DNA of 64,000 nt from Pseudoxanthomonas suwonensis (GTDB taxonomy: Bacteria > Pseudomonadota > Gammaproteobacteria > Xanthomonadales > Xanthomonadaceae). The position numbers and the translations under genes were made by a program. The stretch is taken from assembly GCA_030535605.1 (NCBI GenBank), contig JAUNRQ010000003.1, positions 26,875 through 90,874 of the forward strand, written 5' to 3'. Shown here one piece after another: positions 42,341-51,562 of this stretch (positions are counted from its first letter, which is position 1; each line of letters begins with the position of its first letter). Below the pieces are notes generated by a model that was not told the origin of the DNA, did no database searches, and saw only the letters and a list, made by a program, of their open reading frames with translations.

Positions 42341-42698
42341 CGCGGCAGTCACGTGTGCATGGCAGGATCCGCAGACCCCGTGCGGGACGGAAATTTCCGC
42401 CGTTTACCGCCGCTCGTCACGCCGCGCCGGCTACGCAGTGGCACGGATGCCCGTCACCTCGGCGACTCGCAGGCACAGGGTCAGCAGTGCCCCGAAGAAG
42501 GTCTGCGTGCGATCACGGGCCTGCGGAAACCAAGTAGTGCCGACCGATGGCAGGACGCCCATCATCCGTCAGGAGATGCCCAGCGGCTGACGCGCGGAGA
42601 GCGACTTGGTCACGGCCGGTGCCTCGACACGGCATGCAGTGACGCAAGGTTGTGAAACGACGGCGTGTCTGCGGTCGGCGGCGGGACGGCGACTGGCG

Positions 42699-44468
42699 TC
42701 AGCCGCGCCCCACCAACGACCGGAATCCGCGACCGATGCGTGCCAGCAGCGAGGGCTTGTCGCCGTGCGGCTTGTCGCGGCCGCTGTCGCCGCTTGGGCG
42801 TGCGGGTGCCGCGGCGGGTGCCGGCCTCGGACCGCGCGACGATGACGGGGCCGCCTCGCGGTGTGCGCCGGGCTGCGACGGGCTGCCCTGTTCGGTTCCG
42901 CTGTGGGCGGCACCTTCGACCGGCTTGCCACGACGGCGGCGGCGACGCTTGCGCGCTGGACGCTCGACGCCATCGGCACTGCCGGGGCCTTGCGCCGCGG
43001 CCGGGACGTCGCTTCGCACGGCGTCGTCTGCCGTGGCGGCATCGGCCGGGCGTGGCCCGCGCCGGCGGCGACCACCGCCGGCGTCGCCTTCGGCGCGCGG
43101 TCCGCGCGCTGCGCCGTCGCCACGGCGGCCTCGCCCGCCTCGACCGCTGCCGCTGCGCTCGCCGCGACCACCACGCCGGGCCTCGTCGGCAGCGCGTTGC
43201 TCGCGGGCCTCACGGAAGATCTCGCCGATGCTCTGGTCATCGTCCTGCGCAGCGGCGTCACCGGCGGCGGGCTGGCGCTCCGGGCGCGGCAACGCGGTCA
43301 GCAGTTCGGCGGTGACCGGCTCGGACGGGATCTTCTGCTCGATGTAGGCCTCGATGTCCGGCAGGCTCATCGCATAGCGCTCGCAGGCGAAGCTGATCGC
43401 GTCACCCTCCGCGCCCAGGCGTGCGGTGCGGCCGATGCGGTGCACGTAGTCCTCGGCATCGAACGGCAAATCGTAGTTGTAGACGTGGGACACGCCATCG
43501 ATGTGCAGGCCGCGGGCGGCCACGTCGGTAGCGACGAGGATTTCCAGCTGGCCGGCCTGGAAGCGCTTGAGCAGGGTCTCGCGCTTCTTCTGCGGCACGT
43601 CGCCGGACAACACGCCCACGCGATAGCCGGCCTTCTCCAGCGAACGGGCGACCCGCTCGACGAAGGCCTTGGTGTTGACGAACACCATGGTGCGTGCGCC
43701 TTCGCTGCGCGAGAGCAGGCCCAGCAGCAGCGGCAGCTTTTCATCGTCGGCCGGGTAGTAGAGCTTTTGCCGCACCTTGGCCGCGGTGATGTGCTCGGTT
43801 TCCACCACGAGCTTTTCCGGCTCGTTCATGTGTTCGTAGGCCAGCTCCAGCACACGGTGGCTCAAGGTGGCGGAGAACAGCAGGGTCTGGCGCTCGGTGC
43901 GCGCGGGCATGCGCCGCAGCAGGAAGCGGATGTCCTTGATGAAGCCCAGATCGAACATGCGGTCGGCTTCGTCGAGGATGCACATCTCGCAGGCGTGCAG
44001 GCTCACCACCTTGTGCTGCTTGACGTAGTCGATCAGCCGGCCCGGGGTGGCGATGATGATGTCGGCGCCGGCCTGCAGCAGGGCGCGCTGCTTGTCGTAA
44101 TCCACGCCGCCGTAGACCAGCGCGAACTTCAGGCCCAGATCCGAGGCGAAGGCCATCGCGTCCTTGTGGATCTGGATGGCCAGCTCGCGGGTCGGCGCCA
44201 GGATCAGGCAGCGCGGGTCTTCGGGCTTGCGCTCGGCCAGCGCCGGGCGGGTCAGCAGGCGGTTCACCGCGGCGATGAGAAACGCCAGGGTCTTGCCGGT
44301 GCCGGTCTGGGCCTGGCCGGCGACGTCGCCGCCGGGCAGGGCCACCGGCAGGGTCATGGCCTGGATCGGCGTGCAGCGCAGGAAGCCGGCGGCTTCCAGA
44401 CCGGCCAGCACCTGCGGGTGCAGGTCCAGTTCGGAGAAAGGAATATCGGTAAGGGGTTTGTCGCTCAT
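42699..44468 (-). CDS. rhlB: ATP-dependent DEAD-box RNA helicase RhlB with long Arg/Gly-rich C-terminal tail
   Basis: 589 aa. Walker [13 protein letters not shown] box [16 protein letters not shown] motif. rhlB-trxA-rho synteny as in enterobacteria. Confidence 0.93.
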   Translation of the reverse strand: MSDKPLTDIPFSELDLHPQVLAGLEAAGFLRCTPIQAMTLPVALPGGDVAGQAQTGTGKTLAFLIAAVNRLLTRPALAERKPEDPRCLILAPTRELAIQIHKDAMAFASDLGLKFALVYGGVDYDKQRALLQAGADIIIATPGRLIDYVKQHKVVSLHACEMCILDEADRMFDLGFIKDIRFLLRRMPARTERQTLLFSATLSHRVLELAYEHMNEPEKLVVETEHITAAKVRQKLYYPADDEKLPLLLGLLSRSEGARTMVFVNTKAFVERVARSLEKAGYRVGVLSGDVPQKKRETLLKRFQAGQLEILVATDVAARGLHIDGVSHVYNYDLPFDAEDYVHRIGRTARLGAEGDAISFACERYAMSLPDIEAYIEQKIPSEPVTAELLTALPRPERQPAAGDAAAQDDDQSIGEIFREAREQRAADEARRGGRGERSGSGRGGRGRRGDGAARGPRAEGDAGGGRRRRGPRPADAATADDAVRSDVPAAAQGPGSADGVERPARKRRRRRRGKPVEGAAHSGTEQGSPSQPGAHREAAPSSSRGPRPAPAAAPARPSGDSGRDKPHGDKPSLLARIGRGFRSLVGRG

Positions 44469-44662
44469 GCGGGAATGGATGCCGTTCGGTGGCCGCAGCG
44501 CGGGGCGCGCTTGCGTGGGAGGCGGCAGCCAAGCAGACTGCCGGGAGAGAACTCTCGGTCGGGCGGTCGGCGTTCACGGCGCGACCCAACGCCCCAGCTT
44601 AACATCCCGACCCCTTCCCTTTTCCGGGACCGCGCGCCCGGACCCCGTGCCAGGAGCCCAAT

Positions 44663-44986
44663 GTGACCCAGCCCATCAACGCCACCGACGCCGACTTCCA
44701 GAGCACCGTGCTGGAGGCCGATGTCCCGGTCCTGGTCGATTTCTGGGCCCCGTGGTGCGGGCCGTGCCGGATGATCGCGCCGGTGCTGGAAGAGCTGGCC
44801 GCCCAATACGACGGCCGCGCCAAGGTGGTGAAGGTCGACGTCGACCAGAACCAGGCCACCGCGCTCAAGTACCACGTGCGCGCGATCCCGCTGCTGCTGC
44901 TGTTCAAGGATGGCCAGGTGCAGGCCACGCAGATGGGCGCGGTCGGCAAGGGCGTGCTTGCGCAGATGCTCGATCAGGCGCTGTAA
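44663..44986 (+). CDS. trxA: Thioredoxin
   Basis: 107 aa. GTG start with CAGGAG RBS upstream. Active site WAPWCGPCR. Confidence 0.95.
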   Translation: MTQPINATDADFQSTVLEADVPVLVDFWAPWCGPCRMIAPVLEELAAQYDGRAKVVKVDVDQNQATALKYHVRAIPLLLLFKDGQVQATQMGAVGKGVLAQMLDQAL

Positions 44987-45090
44987 GCAACGCAGCCGCA
45001 CGGCCCGCGCCGCGACCGGAGGCGGGCATCCGCAGCGGCCCGGGTCGGCCCGCCGACCCCACTGCAGGTTGAACGCCGGCTGACGGCCGC

Positions 45091-45120
45091 TTGCACCGGT
45101 GCCTCCGGCAATGCTAGTTT
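45091..45120 (+). promoter_or_regulatory. Candidate rho promoter
   Basis: TTGCAC-N18-TAGTTT, with TG one base upstream of the -10 (extended -10-like). Lies about 120 nt before the rho start. Confidence 0.3.
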
Positions 45121-45238
45121 GCTGTGGAACCCGGCGCTGACCGACCGCGCCGCGGCCTTTTCGGGATCCGTTTTCCACACTCCCTGTCCGTTCCGCCCAC
45201 GCACCGGTGGGCGCTCGCCCCTTGCGAGGATTTGACGC

Positions 45239-46975
45239 TTGTCCGACGAAACCACCCCCAACGAAGCCGGCGTTGCCGACGACGCCGCGACCGCGGCCAC
45301 CACCAAACGGCCGCGCAAGCGCGTGAGCAAGAAGGCCGCAGCCAAGACCGCCCCGGCACAGCCGGAAATGGCGGCGACCGAGTCCACGCCGGCAGCTGCC
45401 CCCGCGCCCGCCGCAGCGACGATCGACGCACCCGCCAAGGCCGAACAGCCCGACGCTGCCCCACCCGCCGCAAGCGGCACGCCGGAACCGGCCGCGGCCA
45501 GGTCGACCGATGGCAGCAGCGACGAAGCAGGTGGCGAGCAGCGCCAGCAGCGCGATGGCGGCCCGTCCAATCGGCAGTCGCGCCGCGAACGCTTCAAGAA
45601 TCGCCGCGATCGCCAGCGCGAACGCTATCGTGACCAGGGCCTGCCCGACGACAGCGGTGACAACCAGCCGTTCGAGCCGCGCCCGCATCCGCAGGTGCCG
45701 GAAGGCTTCCCGACCTACTCGCTGGGCGATCTCAAGCGCATGCCCGCGCACAAGCTGCTGGAGATCGCCGAGCAGCTGCAGATCACCGATGGCGTCGCCC
45801 GCGCGCGCAAGCAGGACATCATCTTCGCCATCCTGAAGGTGCTGACCCGCCACGGCGAAGGCGTGCAGGCCGATGGCGTGCTGGAGATCCTGCCGGACGG
45901 CTTCGGCTTCCTGCGCGCGGCCGAGGCCAGCTACCTGGCCGGCCCGGACGACACCTACATCTCGCCGTCGCAGATCCGCCGCTTCAACCTGCGCACCGGC
46001 GACCATGTGTCCGGCCGCATCCGCTGGCCCAAGGACGGCGAGCGCTATTTCGCGCTGAACGTGGTCGACACCATCAACGGCGAGCCGCTGGAGGCGTCGA
46101 AGAACAAGACGCTGTTCGAGAACCTGACCCCGCTGTTCCCGCGCAAGCGCTTCCGCCTGGAGCGCGGCGATGGCTCCAGCGAGGACATCACCGGCCGCAT
46201 CCTCGACCTGATGGCACCGCAGGGCAAGGGCCAGCGCGCGCTGATCGTGTCTCCGCCGAAGGCGGGCAAGACCATGATGATGCAGCAGATCGCCACGGCC
46301 ATCACCAGCAACCACCCGGACGTGCACCTGATCGTGCTGCTGATCGACGAGCGGCCCGAGGAAGTCACCGAGATGCAGCGCACCGTGCGCGGAGAGGTGA
46401 TCTCCTCGACCTTCGACGAACCGGCCGCGCGCCACGTGCAGGTCGCGGAAATGGTGATCGAGCGGGCCAAGCGCTTGGTCGAGCACAAGAAGGACGTGGT
46501 GATCCTGCTGGACTCGATCACCCGCCTGGCGCGTGCCTACAACAACGTGGTGCCATCCTCCGGCAAGGTGCTGACCGGCGGCGTCGACGCCAATGCCATG
46601 CACCGTCCCAAGCGCTTCTTCGGCGCGGCCCGCAACGTGGAGGAAGGTGGCAGCCTGACCATCATCGCCACGGCACTGGTCGACACCGGCAGCGCGATGG
46701 ACAAGGTGATCTACGAAGAGTTCAAGGGCACCGGCAACAGTGAAGTGCATCTGGACCGCCGCATCACCGAAAAGCGCGTGTACCCGGCCATCGGCGTGAA
46801 CCTCTCCGGCACCCGCCGCGAGGACCTGCTGATCGAACCGGAGCTGCTGCAGAAGATCTGGATCCTGCGCAAGCTGCTGCACCCGATGGACGAAATCGCG
46901 GCCATGGAGTTCCTGCTGGATCGCATGAAGACCACCAAGAGCAACGACGAATTCTTCGCTTCGATGAAGCGCTGA
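45239..46975 (+). CDS. rho: Transcription termination factor Rho with about 150-aa N-terminal low-complexity extension
   Basis: 578-aa ORF from TTG 45239 (GAGGA 8 nt upstream). Residues about 160-578 are colinear with E. coli Rho ([11 protein letters not shown], Walker A PPKAGKT, C-terminus FFASMKR). An alternative internal GTG at 45695 would give a canonical-length protein. Confidence 0.93.
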   Translation: MSDETTPNEAGVADDAATAATTKRPRKRVSKKAAAKTAPAQPEMAATESTPAAAPAPAAATIDAPAKAEQPDAAPPAASGTPEPAAARSTDGSSDEAGGEQRQQRDGGPSNRQSRRERFKNRRDRQRERYRDQGLPDDSGDNQPFEPRPHPQVPEGFPTYSLGDLKRMPAHKLLEIAEQLQITDGVARARKQDIIFAILKVLTRHGEGVQADGVLEILPDGFGFLRAAEASYLAGPDDTYISPSQIRRFNLRTGDHVSGRIRWPKDGERYFALNVVDTINGEPLEASKNKTLFENLTPLFPRKRFRLERGDGSSEDITGRILDLMAPQGKGQRALIVSPPKAGKTMMMQQIATAITSNHPDVHLIVLLIDERPEEVTEMQRTVRGEVISSTFDEPAARHVQVAEMVIERAKRLVEHKKDVVILLDSITRLARAYNNVVPSSGKVLTGGVDANAMHRPKRFFGAARNVEEGGSLTIIATALVDTGSAMDKVIYEEFKGTGNSEVHLDRRITEKRVYPAIGVNLSGTRREDLLIEPELLQKIWILRKLLHPMDEIAAMEFLLDRMKTTKSNDEFFASMKR

Positions 46976-47007
46976 GGGCGGTCCGCGTCCGCCCACCTGC
47001 GCCAGTC

Positions 47008-47038
47008 AAAACGCCCCGCATCGCGGGGCGTTTTTCTT
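47008..47038. terminator. Intrinsic terminator after rho, probably bidirectional
   Basis: AAAA-CGCCCCGC-atc-GCGGGGCG-TTTTT. The A-run and T-run flank the stem symmetrically. It sits between convergent rho (stop 46975) and the gene ending at 47092. Confidence 0.85.
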
Positions 47039-47091
47039 CCTTGCCTGTCCAGTCGCGCGCCCGATGCCGGATACGGCGTCCCGGGAAAGGC

Positions 47092-47979
47092 TCAGTCTCC
47101 GTCCAGCGACGTCAGCAACTGCAGACGCTCGTGCCCGGACGAGAGCCCGTTGTCCGCGATTGCCGTGTTCGAAAGGCGCCGCGCCTGGTCGTCATCCAGC
47201 CAAGCCGGCTGTGTGGAAGGTCCCGGAACGTGCGGCACCCAACGGCCATAATGGCTGTCGCGATCACAGATCAGCGCGCCCTCGATGCAAAAGGTGACCG
47301 GGATCACCCCGGTCCAGCTTTCGGCATCGCTCTCGGGGCCGGTCGTTGGTACATGGAATGTCCACCGCTTCAGGGCGGTGAGGGCGGCCCGCGCAAACTC
47401 GTTGCGGGCATCATCCAGCCGGCTGTAGATCACCCGATGCAGATTGACCTGCTGCACCATCGCATCACTGACCTTGCCGTCCCGACCAATCCTCAGCGCC
47501 ACATACGCCGTTGCCGGAATCCCCTCTGCGACCATCCGAGGCGGATAGCGTGGCGCTGGCCGTTGTCTGTCGATGCGCAGCTGCTCCGTTGAGGTGATGT
47601 CGTCATCATCGAAGAAGCTGGCATCGGTGACGCTTACCACGTAGTCATCGCCCACCGGGCGCGCGATCAGGCGCAAGCGCATCGGCGAGGTGACAGGACG
47701 CGCAACACCATCCACCAGCACCGGCTCGAACCGCCAGCCGGTCACGGTCTGGCGCACGATCCGGGCCGCTTCCGGCGGCAGCCGTTCGGCATGTTGCAGC
47801 CGGTAAGCAGAGACACTGCCATCCGGCTGAATGTCGATACTGCCGGCGACCAGCATGCTCGCCTCGAGGCTGCGTCGCTGCTCGGCGGCCGGCACCCGGC
47901 CCGTCTGCTGCGCAGCGGCCGGGAGGGCGATGGCAATCGACAACGCGACCGTTGCAATGAGTGAAGGTGATACGCGCAT
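47092..47979 (-). CDS. Secreted protein with two TonB C-terminal-like domains, no membrane anchor
   Basis: 295 aa from ATG 47979. Signal peptide (ALSIAIALPAAA). Domain 2 PRYPPRMVAEGIPATAYVALRIGRDGKVSDAMV matches the TonB_C pattern. Domain 1 is weaker (SIDIQPDGSVSAYRL ... VTGWRFEPVLVDG). Confidence 0.65.
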   Translation of the reverse strand: MRVSPSLIATVALSIAIALPAAAQQTGRVPAAEQRRSLEASMLVAGSIDIQPDGSVSAYRLQHAERLPPEAARIVRQTVTGWRFEPVLVDGVARPVTSPMRLRLIARPVGDDYVVSVTDASFFDDDDITSTEQLRIDRQRPAPRYPPRMVAEGIPATAYVALRIGRDGKVSDAMVQQVNLHRVIYSRLDDARNEFARAALTALKRWTFHVPTTGPESDAESWTGVIPVTFCIEGALICDRDSHYGRWVPHVPGPSTQPAWLDDDQARRLSNTAIADNGLSSGHERLQLLTSLDGD

Positions 47980-48181
47980 GAGTCGATCTTCCGTGGGCGA
48001 CACCGCCGAAGGTATCACGACGGCGACGCGGCAAGCGCGGCCACCGTGGCCTGGTTTGATGACGAAGCAACCCGGGTAACGAACCCGGAGTGCGTGGCCT
48101 GGTCCGCCTGTGGCGCAACCGCACCAGCGAATGCCGTGGCGCGCGGTGCGACCCTGCTGGCATGCGGACCGTGGCACCGGC

Positions 48182-51100
48182 TCACCGGGGTTCGCGCAGG
48201 AACCGGGCCATGGAGACGTTGCCGGGCGTCGGCGGGGCGAACTCGGCGGCGACGTCGACGAAGCCGCGCATCAGGGCGATGTCGCGCGGAGGACGGTTGA
48301 GGCCGTCGCGCTGCTCGGGATCGGCACCGGCGCGCAGCAACAGGCGGGTGACCTCAAGCAGGCCGTGCAGGGCGGTCAGATGCAACGGGCCGAAGCCACG
48401 CGGGTCGCGCACGTCCAGGCGCACCTGTTCATCCAGCAGGCGTTCGACGCCGGCCATCACCACCGATTCGTCGCAGGCGCTGCCCGGCTCGGCACGCGCG
48501 CCAAGCAGCAGCAGCAGCGGGGTGACGCCGCCAGCGGCTTCGGCGTCGGGGTCGGCATCGGCCAGCAGCAGGGTGTCCAGCAGCGCCAGCAGCCGGGCGC
48601 GGTCGGTGGCGGTGAAGCCGAACAGGCCGGCGCAATGCAGGCAGCCCAGACCCTGGTCGTCGCGCACGCCGATGTCGGCGCCGGCCAGCAGCAGGCGTTC
48701 GACCACGTCCGGCAACCCCAGGGCACAGGCGAGCATCAGCACGGTGATGCCGCCGGGCAAGCGCGCTTCCAGTGGCGCACCGGCTGCCAGCAGGCGTTCG
48801 ACGATCGGCATCTGCCGCATGCTCACGGCCGCCGACAACGGCGTTGCGCCGGTGCGGGCGGCCAGTTGCACGTCGGCACCCTTCCCGAGCAGCAGGTCGA
48901 TCACCTCGACATGACCGCCGCCGGCTGCACGCAGCAGCGCACTGCATCCCTGGGCATCGACCGCGTCGACCGGCAGGCCCAGCGACAGCAACCGACGCAC
49001 GGCACCGGCATCGCCGACGATCGCGGCGGCAGGCACGTCGCTGGCGCGCAAGGGCCGGCCGGGCAACTGCCAGGCACGCCAGTCCAGCCAGTCGGCCAGA
49101 TCGCTGCAGCCGGCCGCCAAGGCGATGCCGAGCGGCGTCTGGCCATCGGCCGCGCGGATATCTGCCGCGGCACCGCTGGCGACCAACCTGCGCAGCAGGC
49201 GCTCGCGCCCCAGGGCAGCGGCCAGGTGCAATGCGGTCATGCCGTGGCTGTCGCGGGCATCCGGGTCGGCGCCGCGGGCGATGAGCGCGTCTGCCAGGCG
49301 TTCCCAGCCCAGGCGCACGGCCAGCGCCAGCGGCGGATCGCCATTGCCGGCCGCGGCGAATGCATCGGCACCGCCGTCGAGCAACTGCAGGGCAAGCGAT
49401 TCGGCCGCCGCGCGATCCGCCGGCAGGCTCCCGCTTTCGACGGCGGCCGCCAGGTAGGTCGCCAATCCGCCACGTCCGCCCGGTGACTGGCCACGGCCGA
49501 GCAGCAAGCGCAGCTGCGGCAGAGCCGCCGGGCCACGTCGCAGTTGTGCGAACAGCACGTTGTCGCCATTGCCGTCCCGCGTCTGCGGGTCGGCGCCGTG
49601 GGCCAGCAGCCACGCCAGCCGTGCGGGCGCGGCAAGCATCGCCGGGTCCAGCAGCAGTCGACCCAGTTCCGCCGGCTCCAGAAGACGGGCAATGGCCGGC
49701 AGGCCCGGATCGAAGCGGTCTTCGCTCAATGCTTCATGCAGCAACGACTGCGGACTGCGATCCGGCAGGGCATCGCTGTCGGCATCGCCCTGCTCCCGCG
49801 CTTCGTCGAGCACGCGTCCGGGCAAGGGATAGTCCGGATCCAGCACGGCAACCAGTGCCCAACGCCCGGCTTCGGCGGCCAGGTCCACGGGGCGACGGCC
49901 ATCCTTGCCGGCAAGCGCGGCATCGGCGCCCAGTTCCATGAGACGCTGCAGCAGCGCCGGCGTGGCGTGGCCGCCTTCCAGGGCATGCACCAGCGCGCCA
50001 TGGCCACGGGCGTCAACCACGTCCACCGTGGCCCCGGCGGCGTGCAGGGCATCAATGACGTTGATGCGACCACTGCGCGCGCCATCCAGCAGCGGTGTGC
50101 GGGATTGGGCATCACGCGTCCGCGCATCGGCACCGGCGGCCAGCAGGGCCTCGACGATGCCGGGGTGTCCGGCACGCGCGGCTTCGTGCAGCGCGGTGCG
50201 CCCGCCGGCATCGGTGGCAGCGAGCTGGGCGCGATGCTTGAGCAGCAGCAGCACGCCGGCGTCATCGTCGTCTTCACCGCCGGCGGCGGACAGCAGTGCC
50301 GGCACCGAGCCGGGCAGGTGGGCACGGGCACCACGTTCCAGCAGGAACTTCGCCAGCCGCCAATTGCCGCTGGCACAGGCCATGCCCAGCGGAGTGACGC
50401 CGTCATGGTTGGGGCGGTCCAGTTCCGCGGCGGCATCACGCAACAACGCGGCGACACCGGGGTCGGAACTGCGCGCGGCGTGATGCATCGGGGTATTGCC
50501 ATCGGCGTCGCTGACCCGCGGGTCGGCGCCGTTGGCGAGCAGCGTCATCACCGCTTCGGGGCGACCGTGCCAGCTGTCACGGGTGGCCGCCAGCAGCGGC
50601 GTCAGGCCACTGTCGACGGCGTTCAGATTGACCCCGCGGGCGATCAGCGCGCGCAGCAGGCGCAGGTCCGGCAGCACCGCCGCCAGCACCGCAAGGCTGC
50701 GGCGGTCACGGTCGCCGGCGGGTGGCGGCGCGTGGGCATCGGCACCGGCGTCCAGCAGTTGCAGGGCGTGCTCGACGCGTCCGCCGCGCGCCGCGGCATA
50801 CAACTGCGCGGGTGTCGGGATCGCGGCAGGCCCTGCCGGCGCGACTGGCGTGGTGGACGCAGATGTGACGTCGTCGGCGTGGTCGGCGTCCGCGATGGAC
50901 GGGGCCGCATCATCCTGCAACGCCTGCAGGTGGGCCAACGCGATCGCCGACATCGACGGCGACGGACCGCGCATGCGTTGGAGGGCGACATGCAGCGCGG
51001 GCCAGACAGGCACCAGCAGCAGCGCCAACGTCCAGCGCCAACCGTTCGGCAGCAGCCCCGGCCAGGCCAGCAGCAGCACCGGTGCCAGTACCGCCAGCAG

Positions 51101-51562
51101 CACGGTCGCTGCCACCAGGCCATGCCAGCTGCCCGGCTCCACCGCCTGCAGCCGCGTCCAACGTTGCCGCAGGGTGCCGCCGTGGCGTTCCAGCCCGTGC
51201 CACAGCGGCCACAGCCGCCACAGGGCCATCAGCAATGCGCCGACCACGGCACTGGTGGCGACCGCCGCACCCAGCGAGCCGCCGGCCAGCAGCCGCGACA
51301 CCGGCACGGCCAGCAGCAGCACCGTCACCGCAACGGCAGCGCCCCACAGCAGCAGCAATGCCGGCGCATCGGCCCGCCATCGGGTCGGCGCCTCGACGTC
51401 GTCGCCGCCGCGCCACCAGCGCACCGCCAGTGCCCACGCCGGCTGCGCCAGCCAGCCGCCGACGGCCGCCACGACGCCGCCCAGCCCGGTCGCGAGGGTG
51501 GCAATGGCCGCCAGCACCGCCGCGGCGGCGATCGCCCGCGTCGGGCGCAGTGGCTCAGGCAT
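48182..51562 (-). CDS. Polytopic-membrane ankyrin-repeat protein (1,126 aa)
   Basis: About 200 N-terminal residues with 5-6 hydrophobic helices, then more than 20 ANK-like repeats (e.g. GGRTALHEAARAGHPGIVEALLAAGADARTRD). ATG overlaps the stop of the upstream YcgL ORF. Confidence 0.85.
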   Translation of the reverse strand: MPEPLRPTRAIAAAAVLAAIATLATGLGGVVAAVGGWLAQPAWALAVRWWRGGDDVEAPTRWRADAPALLLLWGAAVAVTVLLLAVPVSRLLAGGSLGAAVATSAVVGALLMALWRLWPLWHGLERHGGTLRQRWTRLQAVEPGSWHGLVAATVLLAVLAPVLLLAWPGLLPNGWRWTLALLLVPVWPALHVALQRMRGPSPSMSAIALAHLQALQDDAAPSIADADHADDVTSASTTPVAPAGPAAIPTPAQLYAAARGGRVEHALQLLDAGADAHAPPPAGDRDRRSLAVLAAVLPDLRLLRALIARGVNLNAVDSGLTPLLAATRDSWHGRPEAVMTLLANGADPRVSDADGNTPMHHAARSSDPGVAALLRDAAAELDRPNHDGVTPLGMACASGNWRLAKFLLERGARAHLPGSVPALLSAAGGEDDDDAGVLLLLKHRAQLAATDAGGRTALHEAARAGHPGIVEALLAAGADARTRDAQSRTPLLDGARSGRINVIDALHAAGATVDVVDARGHGALVHALEGGHATPALLQRLMELGADAALAGKDGRRPVDLAAEAGRWALVAVLDPDYPLPGRVLDEAREQGDADSDALPDRSPQSLLHEALSEDRFDPGLPAIARLLEPAELGRLLLDPAMLAAPARLAWLLAHGADPQTRDGNGDNVLFAQLRRGPAALPQLRLLLGRGQSPGGRGGLATYLAAAVESGSLPADRAAAESLALQLLDGGADAFAAAGNGDPPLALAVRLGWERLADALIARGADPDARDSHGMTALHLAAALGRERLLRRLVASGAAADIRAADGQTPLGIALAAGCSDLADWLDWRAWQLPGRPLRASDVPAAAIVGDAGAVRRLLSLGLPVDAVDAQGCSALLRAAGGGHVEVIDLLLGKGADVQLAARTGATPLSAAVSMRQMPIVERLLAAGAPLEARLPGGITVLMLACALGLPDVVERLLLAGADIGVRDDQGLGCLHCAGLFGFTATDRARLLALLDTLLLADADPDAEAAGGVTPLLLLLGARAEPGSACDESVVMAGVERLLDEQVRLDVRDPRGFGPLHLTALHGLLEVTRLLLRAGADPEQRDGLNRPPRDIALMRGFVDVAAEFAPPTPGNVSMARFLREPR

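Noticed and set aside
42421-42470. B12-box-like GCCACTG heptamer with nearby GGTGA...ATCC upstream of the TonB-dependent receptor (possible cobalamin riboswitch)
   Set aside because: The other conserved cobalamin-riboswitch elements are absent: the AGGGAA region, the CCGGTG..AATCCGG hairpin and the GCCAGGAGACCTGCC-like 3-prime box. The spacing is too short. A good sigma70-like promoter lies downstream of it, and the 988-aa receptor is not BtuB-sized. The same heptamer also occurs by chance at about 28290.
42335-42655. 106-aa plus-strand ORF in the rhlB-TBDR intergenic region
   Set aside because: It has no RBS and no motif, its composition is not protein-like, and it would run head-on into rhlB. 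It is treated as non-coding (see the finding on the unassigned region).
47980-48177. Upstream extension of the TonB-C-like ORF starting 5 nt after the ankyrin gene stop
   Set aside because: The extension (MPRSACQQGRTARHGIRWCGC...) is Arg/Cys/Gly-rich and would bury the obvious signal peptide that begins at Met-67. The ATG at 47979 was preferred, though the 200-nt gap it leaves remains unexplained.
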